Of a stretch of DNA of 64,000 nucleotides, positions 57,975-64,000 are shown in pieces; within the stretch, counting starts at the first letter, position 1, and the number at the start of each line of letters is the position of its first letter. The notes beneath the pieces are model-generated. The model saw nothing but the letters and a program-made list of their open reading frames with translations. It was not told the origin of the DNA and searched no databases. Source of the stretch: a virus (Duplodnaviria; Caudoviricetes); the IMG/VR virus record IMGVR_UViG_2623620552_000001, positions 1 through 64,000 of that record; one strand, 5' to 3'. The position numbers and the translations under genes were made by a program.

Positions 57975-59468
57975 TTATTCTTCTACTCCGTTACTTGTTC
58001 CTCCTATTCCCATAGCTTCTTGTGCCTGTTTGAGTGCTTCGGCTTCCTCTTCTTTAATCTCCTCTTCAATGAGTGCCGGATCATCATTGATAGGATTAAG
58101 AGCGATAGCTCTGCGACGAGAGGTCGTTTGCTTGCCGCCTACGGACTTACTAATAAGCTCCAACTCCTCTACCTCATTCTTTGGCATATAGGGCGTAAAT
58201 ACAGGCTCAAAATCCGTTTCATCAGCTACACTCATAGGAATACCACTTTCGATGATTCCTGTATTGCATATACCATTGGCAACAATGTTGCTCCGACGGG
58301 TAAACATCTCTCCAAAGAGTTCGGTTTCTGTCTGGGCGTCCATGTGAGGGTCGGTAAACATCAGTCGGATTGCCGCACCACTTGTATTGTTACCAACCTC
58401 TTTCATTCGCTCAAAACTGATGTCTGCCGAATGAGTATAAGAATATATCATAGAGAAAAGGTTAGCAAGTTCACCTGTAACGCTGACGGGGGAGTTATCC
58501 CATGACAACATCTTCATATCGGTATCTTTCTCGCCTTGGAAGACAGCGCCCTGCTCTCCTTTCTCTGCGAAGCCGTTTAGCTTACCTTTGACAAAGTACT
58601 TTGGTACTCCGAAGTAATCATTTGTATCTCCCCAGTTGGAGGTCAAATCCTCGGCACGCTCAATCTCGGATTGCACATCTTCCCACTTTGCCTGCTCTCT
58701 ACGGTAGTAGACAATAGGAATCTTTGTAAAGCCGTGCATCTTTGGAGAACCTTCCTGTAGCTTCCATCCGTTGCTGTCATTAATGAACTGATAGACAAAA
58801 CGGTCCGTATATACGTCAAAATGCTCTTTAGACACACCCTCTTCGTCATAGACTTTGTACCGACGGGCGAATCCGTCCATGTTGTCATAGTCATTGAAAT
58901 GCGGATAGAGTCTGTCGCCAAGAACAGGAGCAAGCAGCTTGACACGCATCTTGCCTTTTCTATTGATAGTTCCATCAGGGTTGGTTTCCATATACCATAA
59001 TTCGGCGGCTTCCCTCTGACGGAATACTATACGAGCAAGTTTCTTGTCGAAATATCGCATCTTGTTATGATGATAGACTTTCTTAACTGCGCCAAATAGC
59101 GTTTGTTGTTTGTCTGTCGTTTTCTTCAACTCTACACCGTTCTGTGTTATCTTATAATCAGCAGGTATGCCGAAGAGAAAACCCACAGCTCGCTCTACGA
59201 TAGATTTCTGTACAGGAATAGCAATGCGAACCCGCTCAACTTTCTTAGTTTTATAAATTGTCTTACCAGTCTGCGGGTCTTTTTTGTTTGTAGGAACCTG
59301 TATTGCTTTCTTTGGACGATAGTTCTCGTCAAAGATTTTGTGTTGTTTGGGGTCGTACTGCGCCTCTATTTCTTCAAGGGATGTCTTGAAAGGCTTCTTT
59401 CTTGCTGTAAGCAGTCGAATGACCTTATCAGGTTCGTTAATATTAACTATTTCTGTAATATTTCTCAT
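57975..59468 (-). CDS. Portal protein, SPP1 gp6-like
   Basis: HGFTKIPIVYY, TSGAAIRLMF, FTPYMPKN; 497 aa; promoter TAATTTTG at 59488-59495. Confidence 0.88.
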   Translation of the reverse strand: MRNITEIVNINEPDKVIRLLTARKKPFKTSLEEIEAQYDPKQHKIFDENYRPKKAIQVPTNKKDPQTGKTIYKTKKVERVRIAIPVQKSIVERAVGFLFGIPADYKITQNGVELKKTTDKQQTLFGAVKKVYHHNKMRYFDKKLARIVFRQREAAELWYMETNPDGTINRKGKMRVKLLAPVLGDRLYPHFNDYDNMDGFARRYKVYDEEGVSKEHFDVYTDRFVYQFINDSNGWKLQEGSPKMHGFTKIPIVYYRREQAKWEDVQSEIERAEDLTSNWGDTNDYFGVPKYFVKGKLNGFAEKGEQGAVFQGEKDTDMKMLSWDNSPVSVTGELANLFSMIYSYTHSADISFERMKEVGNNTSGAAIRLMFTDPHMDAQTETELFGEMFTRRSNIVANGICNTGIIESGIPMSVADETDFEPVFTPYMPKNEVEELELISKSVGGKQTTSRRRAIALNPINDDPALIEEEIKEEEAEALKQAQEAMGIGGTSNGVEE

Positions 59469-59547
59469 AAATTACACGCTTTTTATGCAAAATTAGGTGT
59501 TTTAGTGATGTTTTATAAGGTTTTACGTTAGTAGCAATAAACAAGTG

Positions 59548-60188
59548 TTACATAAGGCTCTCGAATAACTGAGACTCATGTTTAAACGATTTCTTTCTTA
59601 CACCTTTTCTTCTTTCATCTCCCTTGTCATCATCTTCTTTGTCGAAGTTATAGGACGGGATAGAGCGATTGAGAAGAATGATGTTAAGGTATGAGCGATT
59701 AAATACGACCTCTTCGTAACTCATACGGAAATATTTCATTACTCCTCCGACTGTTGCCCAAGGGGAGTCGTTTGCTTCGGCTCTGTCATCGGCTTTGTCT
59801 GGTGTAGGAAAATGATAGAGGTTAAGAAAAAATTTGCCGTATATGCTTTTGTTATATGCTCTATGACTTTCTGAAAATGTCCTACGGTAAGGCGTTTAAG
59901 GATGTATCTTCTAAATATCTTTCGCATCCATCTGTTTCGGAAGGCACAAACGATAAAGATTTCTTGCATAAGGGGAGCATTTTTATATTTAAGCAACATC
60001 TCAGCAATAGTGTTTATTCTAGCATTCACAGACAAGCCTTCGGAGTTTATGTCATTAACAAACTCCCCCATTTCAAAGATTTGCCCGAGAGTGATAGGTT
60101 TTAAACGTATAGGCAATAGACCAACAGACATCCAAGTAGATTTCTCCGTTAGTGCTGATGCAACTTTGCTCTTTTCTTCTGCTGTCAT
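59548..60188 (-). CDS. Tail assembly chaperone pair (G/GT-like) with a -1 frameshift
   Basis: Follows the tail tube gene; slippery A-AAT-TTT at 59835-59829; the -1 frame is open into 59739-59548. Confidence 0.75.
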
Positions 60189-60206
60189 AGTTCTTTAATA
60201 TTAATA

Positions 60207-60238
60207 AGGGTGGAGATTTGTAATGTGTTCTCCACCCT
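60207..60238 (-). terminator. Stem-loop after the major tail gene
   Basis: AGGGTGGAGA...TCTCCACCCT. Confidence 0.6.
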
Positions 60239-60268
60239 CGATTTGTGTATGTACTAACTGTTGATTAA

Positions 60269-60823
60269 TTAGTTTGCGTTCACCTTCCAGCGATGACCAC
60301 TGATAGGCTTGCCGTCTTGGTCTGCGTTCATCTGCTCACGGAACTCCAAATGGAAGTTAGGGAAGCCAGATTTGCCGATAGTACCAGCACGGGTGACGTT
60401 AATCTTCATCTTTGCCCACTGGAAAGTCTTTGCAGGGAAGTCGTCAAGCTTCTTTGTGATAATCTGGACGGCTTTGATGAGTTCGCTTGAATTAACAGGC
60501 GCATATACCCATCCGTCTGTATTGCCTTCGGTAGGCTTTGTGTACTGGAGAAGAGCAATATATGCCTCCTCTGAAAGGTCATAGGTATCCATAGTGAAAC
60601 CACGGGTATCTACACCATTCTGTAGAGAAGCATAGATGTCGTCGCTATCCTCTACTTCAATGTCGTTGTCGCCGGCAGCAGAGTCATTGAAACTCAAACT
60701 GTCTTTAACAATGGCCTTGAAAGAGAAAGCATCCGCACCATCCCACGAAGTCGGGAAAGCACCATTTACTCCAGGATTTGCAAGCGTTACACCTGAAACG
60801 CCAAATACTGCTGTCTTTGCCAT
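60269..60823 (-). CDS. Major tail tube protein
   Basis: 184 aa, acidic and beta-rich; between the terminator-like gene and the chaperone. Confidence 0.7.
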   Translation of the reverse strand: MAKTAVFGVSGVTLANPGVNGAFPTSWDGADAFSFKAIVKDSLSFNDSAAGDNDIEVEDSDDIYASLQNGVDTRGFTMDTYDLSEEAYIALLQYTKPTEGNTDGWVYAPVNSSELIKAVQIITKKLDDFPAKTFQWAKMKINVTRAGTIGKSGFPNFHLEFREQMNADQDGKPISGHRWKVNAN

Positions 60824-60829
60824 AATCGT

Positions 60830-61249
60830 CTATCTATTTAAGTTATTAAAAGTCACGTTTAACTGAATATTTACATAGTAAGTGCCATCATTGTCAAGGG
60901 TTGGGCGGCTATCAGAGAGAAATTCATAATAGGCTTTTGAGAGATACAATGCCTCTGGGTAGAATACATCTACTACGGCTTTCGTTATTACGGCAAGCCT
61001 CTTGGTAGGAATGTCATTGTTCTTTAGTTTGGGGACGTGAATATTTATATTTACTACCCCCTCGCCTACTGCGTCTTTGTGAACAAAAGGCAGATGATTG
61101 ACCGCAATGTATTCTCCGCTGAACTTTTCGGGCTTCTCATACTTATATGCAGTCGGCGCCGTAGTATTGCTCAAATCAATAACAACCAACGCTTCATTAA
61201 GGTATCTTACAACCTCCGTAACTGCCATATCGCCTAACATCACGCTCAT
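60830..61249 (-). CDS. Tail terminator/completion protein
   Basis: Position; VVNINIHVP motif. Confidence 0.6.
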   Translation of the reverse strand: MSVMLGDMAVTEVVRYLNEALVVIDLSNTTAPTAYKYEKPEKFSGEYIAVNHLPFVHKDAVGEGVVNINIHVPKLKNNDIPTKRLAVITKAVVDVFYPEALYLSKAYYEFLSDSRPTLDNDGTYYVNIQLNVTFNNLNR

Positions 61250-61251
61250 AT

Positions 61252-61731
61252 CTAACTACCTTTTATCTCTTCTATGGTTTCCTCTAATACTTTCCTCATT
61301 TCATCTCTTAGGAAGTACTTCGTTAGGTGCAATACATTGTAGCCTTTCTGTTCAACGTGTACACCATACTCCATACCTGCTACTATGATAAGGGAATATC
61401 CGCTCGGTCTTACAACACCTTCTTCTGAGCAGAACTGCTCTAAGTTGTTAGCCACACCTTTATGCTCCTCTGGCGCATTATCAGGTTGCGGAATGTCGCC
61501 TACTTGTTGTGTTACCAACTCGCCATCATAGAAAAGAGCGAAAGAGATAGAGTTTTTCAGATTTGCCGTTCTATCCTTGTAACCCTTGTTGTGTTTTGCG
61601 TGAGAAACCGCTTCCTCGGCTAATTGTAGGAGTTTCATGTTAAGGACTCTCTTCATTGCTTCTTTACGCTCTAAGAGTTTCTGTTGCAATGCCCGTACAC
61701 CCTCAACCTTAAATTCTGCCTTTATAGCCAT
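61252..61731 (-). CDS. Neck protein (HK97 gp10-like)
   Basis: YKDRTANLKNSI...VAGMEYGVHVE. Confidence 0.7.
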   Translation of the reverse strand: MAIKAEFKVEGVRALQQKLLERKEAMKRVLNMKLLQLAEEAVSHAKHNKGYKDRTANLKNSISFALFYDGELVTQQVGDIPQPDNAPEEHKGVANNLEQFCSEEGVVRPSGYSLIIVAGMEYGVHVEQKGYNVLHLTKYFLRDEMRKVLEETIEEIKGS

Positions 61732-62405
61732 ATTTTGAGGTAGCGTTTTTTATAAGTAACAAACCCTCTCACTTCCATTTCTTTGTCAATAGTACCGTCG
61801 GCTTTAACTATCCTAACTCTATCCCCTTCTTTGGGAATATTGCCGTATATCGAAGCCTTTAACGGCAAGATAACGTAGTAATTATAGATGTACTCTTGTC
61901 CATCGTGAAGATGAATTTTTTGTGCCGAGGAGTTAAAGGAGATAAAGCACTTGGCAAAATCTATCCATTCCTCCGTAGGTTCGATAGGGTTATAATCTTC
62001 ATCATAACCGCCACCGCTTACTTTCAGCACTTTCAGAGTATCTTCAAACGTCATATACTACCAACATTTAACTTCTGTAAGATTGTAGTTATCGTCCTCC
62101 GCATCGACAAGCGAAGGTGACAAACCAGCAGAAGCAGCAATAGAGGCGATGGCTTGATTGAGTTTCTGAGTGTCGTAAGTATTGCTAATTACGTCAATCT
62201 GTTCTCTTTGCAGCACTTTCATCCTCGCAAGGCAGTACATGGCAGCAAGTGCCACTGTCTGCTTCATTGATGCCGCAACATATTCATCATCAACACCTGC
62301 CTTAACACCAAAGTGGTCGGCACTATCAAGGAATATTTTCTCCAATCCGTTCTCGTCAAGCGAATACGGTAGGATTGTTGCTGCTATTGCTTCTCGGTTT
62401 GTCAT
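61722..62405 (-). CDS. Head closure (61722-62054) and head-tail connector (62058-62405) proteins
   Basis: Position after the capsid gene; sizes 110 and 115 aa. Confidence 0.6.
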
Positions 62406-62444
62406 ACTTCTCTTATCTTTACACTAACTTACTTTGACAACATC

Positions 62445-63551
62445 CTACTTTGCAACCTCGTCGGTTTTGAGGATAAAGTAGTCGTTGATACCGTTGAATA
62501 CGGGCTGAGCCCACATATCATAGTCGGTATGACGACCTGTGTTATCACGCCAGTAACCTACAAGGTTATCATCATAAGTAGAGTAAGTCTTGCCAGGCAG
62601 CGGATCAACCAACTCCAGCGGGTCTGAAATCTTCATCACAGCCACAGTCGGAGCGCACTGGAATACCACGCGGTTGTCAACTGTCATGTTGATGCTCGTT
62701 CCGTCTGCGAGAGCGACGAAGCGGTCCGGCTCAATGCTGATAGTCGGCAGAAGAACTGAGCGCAGATAGATATTCACCTGCTCTACAGAGAGCATAGGAA
62801 CAGCCTGCTGAACAGTTACCTGTCCGAGGTTCAGACGGAATGTGCTCTTAATCTCGTCAGACTGACACATATTATAGAATGTATCTTCCGACATACGAAC
62901 ACGCTGGATGGTGCGACCTTTAGACTTTGCATACTTTACAACCTGACGGATGTCAGCAATAGGAGTAGCATCAGCATCGCCCCACGCTTTACTACCTTTC
63001 ACGCACTGGAACTTCTTAACGTCAAGGTCAAACTTATAGCTTACGTTAGCCTTTACGTTGTTCTGACGGCTTACAGTCTGTGTGCCGTTGAACAAGCCCT
63101 CAAAATAGAGCATATCAAGACGCTTCTGAGGAGCGATGACAGCCTTTTCAAAAGGACGGAAAGCAAAGGTAATAAGTTTGTCATACTCGGCGCGATTCTG
63201 CTCCTCGGTGTAGTTAGGCCTACGGTTACGGAAACGACCTTCGAGGTAGTTCAACTGCTCGATATAGTCGTTATCCAGTTCCCATTGGTCGCCATAGTGA
63301 CCGATAGAGCCGAGCAACTCACCAAAGTCGGGCATCTGGTGTACGGGTTTCTCTCCGTTCTTGGAGATTACCGAACCTGCCAGTGCAGCCTGATACTCTG
63401 CCAATGTTGCCTTATACTGCTTGGCTGCCTCATAATCAATCTGATTGATTTCATCCTTCCACAAAGCCTTGTAAGTGGAGGTTTTCATGTACTCTTGTAC
63501 GAATGCGTCAAAAGCCTTAGGCTCCTGAATCTGCTTAAGAATTGAATTCAT
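62445..63551 (-). CDS. Major capsid protein
   Basis: 368 aa; W.DADATPIADI motif; upstream of the neck genes. Confidence 0.8.
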   Translation of the reverse strand: MNSILKQIQEPKAFDAFVQEYMKTSTYKALWKDEINQIDYEAAKQYKATLAEYQAALAGSVISKNGEKPVHQMPDFGELLGSIGHYGDQWELDNDYIEQLNYLEGRFRNRRPNYTEEQNRAEYDKLITFAFRPFEKAVIAPQKRLDMLYFEGLFNGTQTVSRQNNVKANVSYKFDLDVKKFQCVKGSKAWGDADATPIADIRQVVKYAKSKGRTIQRVRMSEDTFYNMCQSDEIKSTFRLNLGQVTVQQAVPMLSVEQVNIYLRSVLLPTISIEPDRFVALADGTSINMTVDNRVVFQCAPTVAVMKISDPLELVDPLPGKTYSTYDDNLVGYWRDNTGRHTDYDMWAQPVFNGINDYFILKTDEVAK

Positions 63552-63568
63552 AGTCTATCCTCCTTTCC

Positions 63569-64000
63569 TTACTTAATTTTGAACTGATGAAGTGCGCCCA
63601 GACCAGCCTTGATGTCGTCGTTAACTGGATAAGGAAGAGTATTTTCCTCAATCTCAAAAGCCTGGAGAGTGGGCGTTACCTGTGGATAATCGTTATCCTG
63701 AAGGTCGGTGGTTTCATAAGCCAGACCGAGGATAATGCCTTTAGCGTTAGCGTCAGCGATAACAGCGCCTTGCTCTACTGCTGCTTCAAGTGTCGATACA
63801 GTAAGAGTAGATACGCCATCTTCGGTGCTGATAGCAGAGATTGTTGCTCCACCGATAACATCGCCAACAGCGATAAGGTCATTTGCTTCAATTTTCAAGG
63901 TAGTAGCGCCTGCTTCTGCGGCTTCATAGACCTTTGCGGTCTTTACTACCATAGCCATACCGTTCTCGGTATTGAAAGCGAGAACTGCGCCTTTCGGAAG
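63569..64000 (-). CDS. Head decoration/fibre protein (5' end outside the window)
   Basis: Reading frame is open to the window edge; directly upstream of the capsid gene. Confidence 0.6.
   Translation of the reverse strand, partial: LPKGAVLAFNTENGMAMVVKTAKVYEAAEAGATTLKIEANDLIAVGDVIGGATISAISTEDGVSTLTVSTLEAAVEQGAVIADANAKGIILGLAYETTDLQDNDYPQVTPTLQAFEIEENTLPYPVNDDIKAGLGALHQFKIK

Larger units (their letters stand above)
1..64000. mobile_element. Temperate tailed phage/prophage (siphovirus-like), Bacteroidales host; both ends extend beyond the window
   Basis: Capsid, portal, tail tube, tape measure, lysis, repressor and replication genes. Recurrent Bacteroidetes TAnnTTTG promoters. No recognisable host housekeeping genes. 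Confidence 0.95.

Noticed and set aside
1-64000. CRISPR array, tRNA or rRNA genes
   Set aside because: No regularly spaced repeat-spacer array, cloverleaf with T-loop consensus, or rRNA-like stretch was recognised; tRNAscan-SE and CRISPR finders were not run.
1-64000. Genome-wide TAG reassignment (code 15)
   Set aside because: Long genes are intact in code 11 and several end in TAG followed by a new gene; only one internal TAG was found.

Overview
The whole window looks like part of a large temperate siphovirus or prophage of a Bacteroidales (probably Prevotella-like) host. This rests on TAnnTTTG -7 promoters and Bacteroidetes-type phage gene families; no host genes, terminase or integrase lie inside the window. 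Layout: CI-like S24 repressor and switch (0.1-0.9 kb); early block 1 with replication, recombination and many small ORFs (+, 0.9-14.8 kb); lysis cassette (-, 15-17.4 kb); a diversity-generating retroelement (DGR) with RT, TR and VR in a C-type-lectin-fold fibre tip and no avd gene (-, 17.4-21.8 kb); fibre, tail-tip and tape-measure genes (-, 21.8-36.5 kb); a Mor-like regulator with a Cys-rich operon of unknown function (+, 36.9-40.5 kb); three DUF559/Vsr-like nuclease ORFs behind a large structured non-coding leader (-, 40.5-42.5 kb); early block 2 with an Mrr-like moron and an ADP-ribosylhydrolase (+, 42.7-54.1 kb); then MuF-ADP-ribosyltransferase, radical SAM, portal, tail tube, neck and capsid genes (-, 54.1-64 kb). 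Best leads: the DGR, whose RT carries a fused ~111-aa C-terminal domain and an atypical motif 4; an apparent daisy-chain of docking motifs among fibre proteins; the MuF-ART toxin convergent with an ARH antidote; the ncRNA plus DUF559 cluster; the Cys-rich operon; a phage-wide promoter and SD-like leader code; and tandem sRNA-like units behind the spanin. All family assignments come from motif recognition by eye, not database searches.
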